Origin: an uncultured Desulfobacterales bacterium
Lineage (GTDB): Bacteria > Desulfobacterota > Desulfobulbia > Desulfobulbales > Desulfocapsaceae
Assembly (NCBI GenBank): GCA_937915545.1
Contig: CALGIJ010000021.1
Location: forward strand, 36,815 to 100,814
DNA: 64,000 nucleotides
Direction of reading: 5' to 3'
In this document: in pieces, positions 30,813-38,562 of the stretch
Position numbering within the stretch: position 1 is the first letter of the stretch
Layout: every line of letters starts with the position of its first letter
The notes under the pieces: generated by a model
Database searches by the model: none
What the model was told of the DNA's origin: nothing
Seen by the model: only the letters and a program-made list of their open reading frames with translations
Program-made: the position numbers and the translations under genes

Positions 30813-31820
30813 TCACCCCTCCCGCGCCGCCTCCCCCTTTGCCTTATGCCCAGCAGTACGCTCCTGCCCGGTCTCTTCACCCGCGCCAGCACCTCCGACG
30901 CGGGCAAAAAGGTAGAGACCGAGACCGGCGAGGGTGACGGCGATGCCGAGGAGGCCGAGGGGCGTCGGCGGCACTGCCTCGAGCAAGAGCATCTCCAGCG
31001 CCAGGGCAAAGAGCACCTCGCTGGCCTGGGTGGCGTCGACCGCGGTCAGCTGGTAGGCATTGCCGGCCAGCTGCCGCGCGTGAAGAAAAAAGCCGGTGGC
31101 GATGAGCCCCGAACAGAGGGCCACCAGAGCGGTCTGGCCCAGCTGCCCGGCGCTTGGCCAGGGGGGCCTCACCAGCAGCAGCAAGGCTACCCAGAAGGGC
31201 AGCGAGCCGAGGGTGAGGAGAAAGACCTTGACGAAGGGGCGGGCCAGCTCAGGGTCGGAGAGCCGTGGCAAGGCGGGGCGGTGGCGGTTTTCCGCCTCCC
31301 ACACCAGCTGATTACCGAGCGGATAGCAGATGGCGGCGAGGAAGACGGGGATGGCGCCTCGGAGGATTTCCGCCGCCGCGGCCTGCTCGGCGCGGCTGAG
31401 GTTGATCAGCACCACGCCGGCGAAGATGAGCAGCGAAAAGAGCAGGGCGCGCCAGGAGAGACGGTGCCCGAAGAGGCGCAGCACCAGGGGGGTGGCAAGA
31501 ATGGTCGACTGCCAGGTGGCGGCGACCACCCAGGCCGGGGCGTAGCTGGCGCTGTAGGTGATCAGGGCGTAGAAGAAACCGAAGCCGACCGTGCCGGAGA
31601 GGGTCCAGAAAAGAAAATGGCGCCGATAGAGGGCGAGGACCGGTCGGAGACGGCCGCGGCAGGCGGCGAAGCCAAGCCAGAGGAAGAAGGCCATGAAGAA
31701 GTAGCGCAGGGCGGCGCTCCACAGCCAGTGGCCGCCCTGCAGGCTCATCAGCCGGTTGAGGACGAAGGTCGAACTGAAGAAGAGCCCGGCGAGGGTGCCG
31801 AAGGCGATCAGTGGCAGCAT
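30813..31820 (-). CDS. DMT-superfamily 10-TM membrane transporter (multidrug-efflux-like family)
   Basis: Ten hydrophobic helices in two 5-TM halves. No soluble domains. Charged Lys/Glu/Gly tail. Confidence 0.7.
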   Translation of the reverse strand: MLPLIAFGTLAGLFFSSTFVLNRLMSLQGGHWLWSAALRYFFMAFFLWLGFAACRGRLRPVLALYRRHFLFWTLSGTVGFGFFYALITYSASYAPAWVVAATWQSTILATPLVLRLFGHRLSWRALLFSLLIFAGVVLINLSRAEQAAAAEILRGAIPVFLAAICYPLGNQLVWEAENRHRPALPRLSDPELARPFVKVFLLTLGSLPFWVALLLLVRPPWPSAGQLGQTALVALCSGLIATGFFLHARQLAGNAYQLTAVDATQASEVLFALALEMLLLEAVPPTPLGLLGIAVTLAGLGLYLFARVGGAGAGEETGQERTAGHKAKGEAAREG

Positions 31821-31882
31821 GGGGGTATGGGGGCGGAAGGAGGAAATCGGCCGTGGCCGCGGCTCAGGGAGACAAATGGCTC

Positions 31883-31911
31883 ATTAAGCCCGATGCCGCC
31901 ATCGAGGTCAA
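31883..31911 (-). promoter_or_regulatory. Candidate sigma-70 promoter for the DMT transporter gene
   Basis: On the minus strand: TTGACC, a 17-nt spacer, then CTTAAT, about 60 nt upstream of ATG 31820. Confidence 0.3.
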
Positions 31912-32079
31912 CCCTTTCCTGGCAATAATGGGTATTTGCAAAAAACTGCTGCCTTTTTCGCCGCGATATGGCTAAATATCCCCGACCCCGCGGGGCTACA
32001 CGATACTACTGGCCTGCTCGCCACCATGACGCCGGCCCTGGCCCCCAGTCCACCGCAACGAGCCATCAGGAGAAGTTCC

Positions 32080-32559
32080 ATGACCATTACCATCGACGCC
32101 ATAGGCACCATCCGCAGCCCATTTTTCGATCTGGAAAACATGCCGATCCAGCCCGCCGGGGCGGCGGAGGTGGTCGGCACCCTGGAGATCCTGCCGCAGT
32201 ACGCCGAGGCCCTTGCCGACCTCGACGGCTTCAGCCATATCTACCTCATCTACCACTTCCACCGCGCCAGGCGCACCGCCCTGCAGGTCGTACCCTTCCT
32301 CGACACCGTGCAGCGCGGCGTGCTCGCCACCCGTTCACCGCTGCGCCCCAACCATCTCGGCCTGTCCATTGTCCGGCTGCTCGGGGTGCACGGCACGGAA
32401 GTGCGGGTGCAGGGCATCGACGTCCTCGACGGCACGCCGCTCATCGATATCAAGCCCTATATCGCCAACTTCGACCATGTCGCGGAGAGCACCTCGGGCT
32501 GGATGACCGCGGGAAGGAAAGAGGTTGCCGGCAAGCTCTCCGACGACCGCTTCGTCTGA
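32080..32559 (+). CDS. trmO: tRNA (t6A37-N6)-methyltransferase TrmO/TsaA family
   Basis: IGTIRSPF...FSHIYLIYHFH...RSPLRPNHLGLSIVRL...IDVLDGTPLIDIKPY is the hallmark TsaA-like fold signature. SD AGGAGA lies before ATG 32080. Confidence 0.85.
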   Translation: MTITIDAIGTIRSPFFDLENMPIQPAGAAEVVGTLEILPQYAEALADLDGFSHIYLIYHFHRARRTALQVVPFLDTVQRGVLATRSPLRPNHLGLSIVRLLGVHGTEVRVQGIDVLDGTPLIDIKPYIANFDHVAESTSGWMTAGRKEVAGKLSDDRFV

Positions 32560-32653
32560 GCGAGCGGCAAATCACTCCACCCCCGAGTCTTGTCAACCGG
32601 GCGGCCCATGCATATCATGGCGAGATCAAAAGAACCCCAGCGGAGGAACAGCG

Positions 32654-32920
32654 ATGAGCGAAGGCAAACACCGGCACGAACACACCCATAACCACGACCA
32701 CCACCATCAGCACGAGCACCCCCACAAGCACAGCAACGAGGAACATAGCCACCCCCATCACCACCACCACAGCCACCCCCATACCTTCGCGCATGAGCAC
32801 GACCATGCCCATGAGGGCGGCAGCCATGGCCACGACCATCTGCACGAGCCCCATAACGAGGGTCCCCATGACCATGAACACCCCGAACACCACCTCGACG
32901 ACCACTTCCATAAGCATTGA
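32654..32920 (+). CDS. Histidine-rich small protein (88 aa, about 43% His), putative Ni/Co-binding or storage protein
   Basis: MSEGKHRHEHTHNHDHHHQHEHPHKHSNEEHSHPHHHHHSHPHTFAHEHDHAH... (38 His of 88 by hand count). Strong SD GGAGGA lies 7 nt upstream. Paralogue at 50649-50921. Confidence 0.75.
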   Translation: MSEGKHRHEHTHNHDHHHQHEHPHKHSNEEHSHPHHHHHSHPHTFAHEHDHAHEGGSHGHDHLHEPHNEGPHDHEHPEHHLDDHFHKH

Positions 32921-32994
32921 GCGGCGAGAAGCGGAAGCGACGGCAATGACCGTCGCCTCTCCGCGCTGAGCGGCCCACCCCGCCTGATTATTTT

Positions 32995-33046
32995 CCGAAA
33001 ACCCGAAAATATTCGACAGATATTCGGGTTTTCGGATTCGTTTTTG
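32995..33046 (+). terminator. Perfect 13-bp inverted repeat plus T-run: terminator of the His-rich gene and/or enhancer site for the downstream sigma-54 promoter
   Basis: CCGAAAACCCGAA (32995-33007) pairs with TTCGGGTTTTCGG (33023-33035). TTTTT follows at 33041-33045. The repeat lies about 100 nt upstream of the -24/-12 element. Confidence 0.45.
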
Positions 33047-33126
33047 CCGACAACCCACCCCGACGCGGAACCCTCTTGATCCATAACTTCTTGAAACCGC
33101 AAAGGTAGCTAAGAAAGCCCTGAAGA

Positions 33127-33142
33127 TGGCAGCTTTCTTGCT
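33127..33142 (+). promoter_or_regulatory. Sigma-54 (-24/-12) promoter of the PEP-CTERM gene
   Basis: TGGCAGCTTTCTTGCT is a near-perfect TGGCAC-N5-TTGCW match. It lies about 73 nt upstream of ATG 33215. Confidence 0.65.
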
Positions 33143-33214
33143 TATGTCTCCCCCAAATCTCGTTCTCCGGAGAAAATTCCGGAGGTGGTTCTGTTCGCAA
33201 CCCAAGGTATCCTC

Positions 33215-33901
33215 ATGAAAAAGCACGTCATTGCAACATTTGCGGCCGTCCTTATGCTCTTCGGGGCCAGTTCCTCGTTCGCTCTCCCCGTTAAGGGTGC
33301 AACGGTGACCATCCTCGAAGGCCCCTATGGATCTACATCTGGGGGGGAGTTTCGCATCGTCGATCAAGCTGTCAGTGACCAAGAGTGGATTGGCTTCTGC
33401 CTGGAACTGAACGAAACGTTGAACTACAACACTCCCTATACGGTGAAAAGTGTCGCCAACTTTGCAGAGCAAGGAGGAGTGGGCGGGGCTGTCGATCACG
33501 ACAACGATGACGATACACCAACACGCGATGGATTGAGCCAGAGGTCCAAATGGCTCTACTACAACTATATGTTCGGAGATTACGAGTGGTCCCGCGATAA
33601 TTCACGTAACGACGCGTCGGCTAATATCGTGCAGAACCTGCTCTGGTATTTCGAGGATGAGATGGATCTAGACCGATCTTCAGATGCCTGGCAATTTTTC
33701 AGAAATGTTTTCCGCGACCAATACAGAGCAGATCCTTCCATATCCGGAACGGTAAAGGTGCTCAACATCATGGACGGCGAAACCTTCAAACAGAGCCTTA
33801 TCGTCGGCGAACAGCAACCGGTTCCGGAGCCGGCAACCCTGCTGCTAATGGGCAGCGGCCTGATGGGCATCGTCGGTCTGGCGAGGAGAAAGAAAAAATA
33901 A
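33215..33901 (+). CDS. Secreted PEP-CTERM-anchored protein with thioester-domain-like Cys and Gln motifs
   Basis: Signal peptide MKKHVIATFAAVLMLFGASSSFA. C-terminal VPEPATLLLMGSGLMGIVGLARRKKK is a PEP-CTERM sorting signal. Internal GFCLE (Cys62) and NIVQNLLWYFEDE (Gln140). GC is visibly lower than in the neighbours. Confidence 0.85.
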   Translation: MKKHVIATFAAVLMLFGASSSFALPVKGATVTILEGPYGSTSGGEFRIVDQAVSDQEWIGFCLELNETLNYNTPYTVKSVANFAEQGGVGGAVDHDNDDDTPTRDGLSQRSKWLYYNYMFGDYEWSRDNSRNDASANIVQNLLWYFEDEMDLDRSSDAWQFFRNVFRDQYRADPSISGTVKVLNIMDGETFKQSLIVGEQQPVPEPATLLLMGSGLMGIVGLARRKKK

Positions 33902-34043
33902 GGTCACTCGTCGCCCACTCAAGACAGCCGCCCCGCCCCTGCCCTGAACGCAGGCTCACACGCCTTGGATCGCCTGACCACCAGCGATTCAGGGCGTTGT
34001 TGTTCCACCAAGACTGTTGCTCATTTTCCCCCGCCCACCCCCC

Positions 34044-35222
34044 TCACTCATCCTCCACCCCTGGATAGAACCTGGCCAGGCAGTCGGGGCAGAGGCCATG
34101 GCTGAACTCGGCCTCGGTATGGTTGCGCACATAAACCTCGACCTGGTTCCAGAAGCCCTTATCGTCGCGGATCTTCTTGCAGTGCATGCAGATGGGGACG
34201 ATGCCGCGCAGGGTCTTGACCTGCTCCATGGCCCGCCGCAGCTGGTCGTTGGCCTCCCGCAGCCTGGTCTCGGCCTCCTTGCGCTCGGTGATGTCGATGA
34301 TGGCGCTATAGGAGCCACGAACACTGCCATCCGTGGCAAAGAGCGGCGAGGCCGAGACGATGGCCCATACACTCTTCCCTTCCCTGGTACGAAAGCGCCG
34401 TTCGAAACGCTCGTCGCGCCCCTGCTGGCGCTGCTCCTGGCGACGGTGGAAATCGGCCACGTCTTCGGGGAAGAAAAAGGATTCAAAGGGCCTGCCAAGC
34501 ACCTCTTCGACCCGATAGCCGAGCATGGCGGCAAAAGAGCGGTTGGCAAAGGCGATACGATGTTCCCCGTCGAGCTGCACGATGCCCTCGCCCACCGCGG
34601 TGACGATGCGGCGGAATTTCTCCTCGCTCTCGCGCAGGGCGTCGTCGACGCGCTTGCGCTCGATGGCGATGGCCGCCATATCGGCCACCGCGGCAAGTAC
34701 CTGGAGATGGTTCTCGTCATACCGCAACGGATCACTGTAACTCTGCACGGCCATCACCCCGACCGCCCCACGCGGTGTCTTCAAGGGGGCGCCGAGCCAG
34801 ATCTCAGAGGGAGTGCAGGGCGGCACGGTCAGGCCGCAGCTCTCGCGGAAAAGGCTGATCTCCGCCCGGCGCAGCAGCATCGGCCGCTGTTCGCGGATCA
34901 CCCAGGCGCTGAGCGAGGCGGTGTTGCTGACATTGAGGGCGATCGGGTAGCAGCTGTCGACCTTGTCGACAAAATAGGGAAAGGTCAGGCTGTCGTCCCC
35001 GGGGTGGTAGAGGGCGATAAAGAAGTTTTCGGTATCGATGACCGGCGCCAGCGCCCGGTGGATGGTGGCGAACAACTCCTGCAGGGAGGCGGTGGTACTG
35101 ACCGCCTCGGCTATGGTTTGAAACACGCTGACGATGGCCTGCCAGCGCCGGTTGCGGCCGGCCTCCTCGGCAAGGCTCGCCACCTGCCGCTGCAGCTTGC
35201 GCATGGCTCTCGTTTCCCTCAT
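34044..35222 (-). CDS. GAF + PAS sensor protein ending in a Cys/His zinc-ribbon-like output motif
   Basis: N-terminal GAF-like region, then a PAS domain (FRRIVTAVGEGIVQLDGEHRIAFANRSFAAMLGY...), then the C-terminal ICMHCKKIRDDKGFWNQVEVYVRNHTEAEFSHGLCPDCLARFYP. The ATG overlaps the upstream kinase stop (ATGA). Confidence 0.85.
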   Translation of the reverse strand: MRETRAMRKLQRQVASLAEEAGRNRRWQAIVSVFQTIAEAVSTTASLQELFATIHRALAPVIDTENFFIALYHPGDDSLTFPYFVDKVDSCYPIALNVSNTASLSAWVIREQRPMLLRRAEISLFRESCGLTVPPCTPSEIWLGAPLKTPRGAVGVMAVQSYSDPLRYDENHLQVLAAVADMAAIAIERKRVDDALRESEEKFRRIVTAVGEGIVQLDGEHRIAFANRSFAAMLGYRVEEVLGRPFESFFFPEDVADFHRRQEQRQQGRDERFERRFRTREGKSVWAIVSASPLFATDGSVRGSYSAIIDITERKEAETRLREANDQLRRAMEQVKTLRGIVPICMHCKKIRDDKGFWNQVEVYVRNHTEAEFSHGLCPDCLARFYPGVEDE

Positions 35223-37492
35223 CGCGCACCTCCCCTTCCCTGCAAAGCCCGCCGTACGGCGCGGCCAAGGGATTCGAGGGTAAATGGTTTCTGGAGAAAA
35301 CAGACATCCTGGTCGATGACGCCATGCCGGGCGATGACATCGGCGGTATAGCCGGAGACGAAGAGGCTGCGTAGACCGGGATCAAGGCCCTTCAGCCGCC
35401 GCTCCAGTTCCCGGCCGTTCATCTCCGGCATGACCACGTCGGTGATGAGCAGGTCGAACCTCTCCCGCCCGCTGCCTACCAGGGCGATGGCCTCCCGGGG
35501 CGACTGGGTGGAGGTCACCTGGTAGCCCGTGGTGGTAAGGATCTCCCGGGCGAGGGCGAGCAGGCCGGCGTCGTCCTCCACCAGCAGGATCCTTTCGCCC
35601 TGCCCCTGCAGGGCTTCGCCCCCGGCACCGGCCGCCGCGCCATCCCCCTCGCCGCCACCGCGCGGGAAATAGAGCCTGAAGGTAGTCCCCCGGCCCGGCG
35701 CGCTGTGCACATCGATGAAGCCGCCATTCTGCCGCATGACCCCATAGACCGTGGCCAGGCCCATGCCGGTGCCCTTGCCGGGCTCCTTGGTGGTGAAGAA
35801 CGGCTCGTAGATCTGCGCGATGGTGGCCTCATCCATGCCGCAGCCGTTGTCGCTGACCGTCAGCGCCACATATTGTCCCGGCTGGCTCTCGGCGATATGG
35901 CGGCAGGCGGAGGCGTCGACGTCGACGTTGCAGGTTTCGAGGACGATGGCGCCCGAGGCGCCGATGGCGTCGCGGGCGTTGACGCAGAGGTTGATGAGCA
36001 ACTGGTCGAGCTGGCTGGGGTCGATCCACACCGACCACCCTCCCGCCCCACCTCGCCACTCGATGGCGATATGCTCGCCGATGAGGCGGCGCAGCATGGG
36101 CAGCATATCCTCCACCGCCTTGTCGAGATCGATGGTCTGCGGGGCGATGTTCTGCTTGCGGGCGAAAGCGAGGAGCTGGCCGACCAGGCTCGCCGAGCGC
36201 AGGGTGGTCTCCTCGACGACGCGCAGACGGTTCGCCATGGGGTCGTGGGGAGGCAACTTCATCAGGGTGAGCTGCACCATGCCGAGGATGACCGTCAGCA
36301 TATTGTTGAAGTCGTGGGCGATGCCCCCGGCGAGACGGCCCACCGACTCCATTTTCTGTGCCTGCAGAAGCATCTCGCGCAGCCGCTCCTTTTCCGTCTC
36401 GGCACTCTTGAGGTCGGAGACGTCGCGGATCATCTCGATGGCCCCGATGCGTTCCCCGGCACGATTGTAGATCGGCGCCGCCACTCCCCAGAGGTAAGCG
36501 CCCCGCCCCTGGTGGAGCGTCGGCACGAAAGATTCGGCGTGGATCGCCTGATGCTGCCGGTGCACGGAGAGATAGGCCGCCTCGCAGCGGGCGTCGGGTT
36601 GATCGAGCAGGTCGACGAGGATCGGCCGCCGTTCACCGAAAAAGGGCTCGGCATAGATATAGTCGCCCTTGCCGATGACCGCCTCTCGACCGACGCCGGT
36701 GAGCTCCTCCGCCGCCCTGTTCCAGATGACCACCCGCCGCCCGGTGTCGACGATGAAGGTGGCGTCGGGAAGGAAGTCGATGATATCGACGAGGAACTGC
36801 CTCTCGGCGGCGAGCTTTTGCTCGGTGCGCCGCTGCTCGTCGCTCTTGGCGGCGATATGCCCAACCATGTCGTTGAAGTGAGAGATGAGCCGATTGACAT
36901 CGGCATAGCGGGTCAGCGGGATGACCGTGGTGTAGTGCCCGGCAGCCACCGTCTCCATGGTGCGAAAGAACTCGTAGAAGGGCCGCTGCACGCGGCGGCC
37001 GACGAGACGGCTGACAATCACGTTGGCGACCAGCACCGCCAGGCAGACCGCCAGGGCGACGAGAAAACCGAGCCGTTGACTGGCCCTGACCGCCTCATGG
37101 CTGAAGGTGATGGTGAAGGCGCCGAGTTCCATGCCCTTCGCTTCTATAGTGCGCGAGATCGGCCTGATGCGCGACGAGGCAGCGCCCAGAGATTTCTCGA
37201 GGAGGATGCCGCCGGCGGTGGAGCTGAGCGAGATGCCGACGATCTTCTCCGAGGCGAGAAAGGTCTCGGCGATGCGCACCGCCGTCTCGTGGTCGACATT
37301 GTAGAGCGGGTATTCGAGGAGCGAGGCCAGGTCGTCGGCGGTGGCCGCCGCCTCCTGGCGCAGCTCGTTCAGCAGCGACTCGGAGATGAGCACGGTGGCG
37401 GCCACCGCCACCAACGCCATGATCGCCAGAGAGACGGCGACGATCAGCGCCTGCACCTCGCCGAGCAGGGTCTTGGGCGTGCCGAAGGCCAT
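35219..37492 (-). CDS. Hybrid histidine kinase (TM, HAMP, PAS, HisKA, HATPase_c, REC)
   Basis: H-box [36 protein letters not shown]. Receiver (ILLVEDDAG...LLITDVVMPEMNG...LQKPF). ATG 37492 lies 2 nt after the SBP stop; the ORF track's 37498 is a TTG. Confidence 0.9.
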   Translation of the reverse strand: MAFGTPKTLLGEVQALIVAVSLAIMALVAVAATVLISESLLNELRQEAAATADDLASLLEYPLYNVDHETAVRIAETFLASEKIVGISLSSTAGGILLEKSLGAASSRIRPISRTIEAKGMELGAFTITFSHEAVRASQRLGFLVALAVCLAVLVANVIVSRLVGRRVQRPFYEFFRTMETVAAGHYTTVIPLTRYADVNRLISHFNDMVGHIAAKSDEQRRTEQKLAAERQFLVDIIDFLPDATFIVDTGRRVVIWNRAAEELTGVGREAVIGKGDYIYAEPFFGERRPILVDLLDQPDARCEAAYLSVHRQHQAIHAESFVPTLHQGRGAYLWGVAAPIYNRAGERIGAIEMIRDVSDLKSAETEKERLREMLLQAQKMESVGRLAGGIAHDFNNMLTVILGMVQLTLMKLPPHDPMANRLRVVEETTLRSASLVGQLLAFARKQNIAPQTIDLDKAVEDMLPMLRRLIGEHIAIEWRGGAGGWSVWIDPSQLDQLLINLCVNARDAIGASGAIVLETCNVDVDASACRHIAESQPGQYVALTVSDNGCGMDEATIAQIYEPFFTTKEPGKGTGMGLATVYGVMRQNGGFIDVHSAPGRGTTFRLYFPRGGGEGDGAAAGAGGEALQGQGERILLVEDDAGLLALAREILTTTGYQVTSTQSPREAIALVGSGRERFDLLITDVVMPEMNGRELERRLKGLDPGLRSLFVSGYTADVIARHGVIDQDVCFLQKPFTLESLGRAVRRALQGRGGAR

Positions 37493-37494
37493 GG

Positions 37495-38343
37495 TCAAGG
37501 CTCCCCGGTGTACCTGGCGACAATGCCGCGGACGACGCCCTCACCCACCAGGCGATCCAGGGCCTCGGCCACGCGGTCGGCGAATTCGAGGTGCGGCGAC
37601 TTGCGCGAGAAGGCCAGAAAGAGGTCTGTTTGCCGGTTAGGCTGGTATGCGGTTGGCTCCACCGCCCCGCCCAGCCCCAGCCGCGCGATATCGTAGGAGA
37701 GGTTCGGCTCGGTGCCGATGATCAGGTCGAGACGCTTTAAAGCCAGCGCCTGGAGCAGCTGGGTCTCGGTGGAAAGGCCTTTCTTGTCGAGGCTTGTATC
37801 CGAATCGAAGGGCTCGAAATAGGCGGAATGCAGGGAATAGCCGATGGTCTTGCCACGAAGATGCTCGTAGATGGCGATCTCTCCGCCCCTGCCCCCAGTG
37901 GTGAAAAAACGCGGCCGCACGGCGCAATAGCTGGTGCCGACATAGCGCATGAAGATTTCGCGCTCCGCGGTGCGGGCGACGCCGCTGAGCAGATCGACCT
38001 GGCCGCTGCGCATCATCTCCAGGGCGCGGGCCCAGGGGTGGCGCTCGATGAGGATCTTCACCCCGAGGCGCTCTTGCAGAGCGGCGACCACATCGATATC
38101 GATGCCGCGAAAGCCGCTTTCGCTCTGCGGGTTGTTGATGCGAAACGGCGGCCACTCCTCGGTGGCCATGCGCAAGGCCGGCGCTGACTCGGCGGGAACA
38201 GCTCCAACGCAGTACGGCACCGCCGCCGCGGCCAGCGCGGCAAGGAGCCAAACCACCGTGGCGAGCCTTCGCTCTCCGTTCTTCCCGGCGCCCATACCCC
38301 CTCCCCTTGGCCGTACCAGCCGCGGCGAGCCGCTTCTCTCCAA
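37495..38343 (-). CDS. Periplasmic solute-binding protein, family 3 (amino-acid-ABC-type SBP), probably a co-sensor for the downstream kinase
   Basis: Signal-like LATVVWLLAALAAAAVP, then an SBP_bac_3 pattern (WPPF...GIDIDVV...RLDLIIG). Tightly coupled to the kinase gene. The start could be ATG 38295. Confidence 0.8.
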   Translation of the reverse strand: MERSGSPRLVRPRGGGMGAGKNGERRLATVVWLLAALAAAAVPYCVGAVPAESAPALRMATEEWPPFRINNPQSESGFRGIDIDVVAALQERLGVKILIERHPWARALEMMRSGQVDLLSGVARTAEREIFMRYVGTSYCAVRPRFFTTGGRGGEIAIYEHLRGKTIGYSLHSAYFEPFDSDTSLDKKGLSTETQLLQALALKRLDLIIGTEPNLSYDIARLGLGGAVEPTAYQPNRQTDLFLAFSRKSPHLEFADRVAEALDRLVGEGVVRGIVARYTGEP

Positions 38344-38562
38344 CAGCCTGACATGCCTGGTTCAAGTATAGAGGGGAGCCATCAGGAAGCAAGAATAATT
38401 TTCAAAAAACCCGTCACCGCTTCCCAATAACAGTCACAGCGAAGACCACGAGCCACTTTCGGACAGCAATTGGGCAGGATGGTCATCCGCCCAGGCCTCT
38501 TGCTGTCGATGAGTATGGTTGCCAGGGACACGGAAAGCCTCCACCTTCCCGGCCAATTCCTC

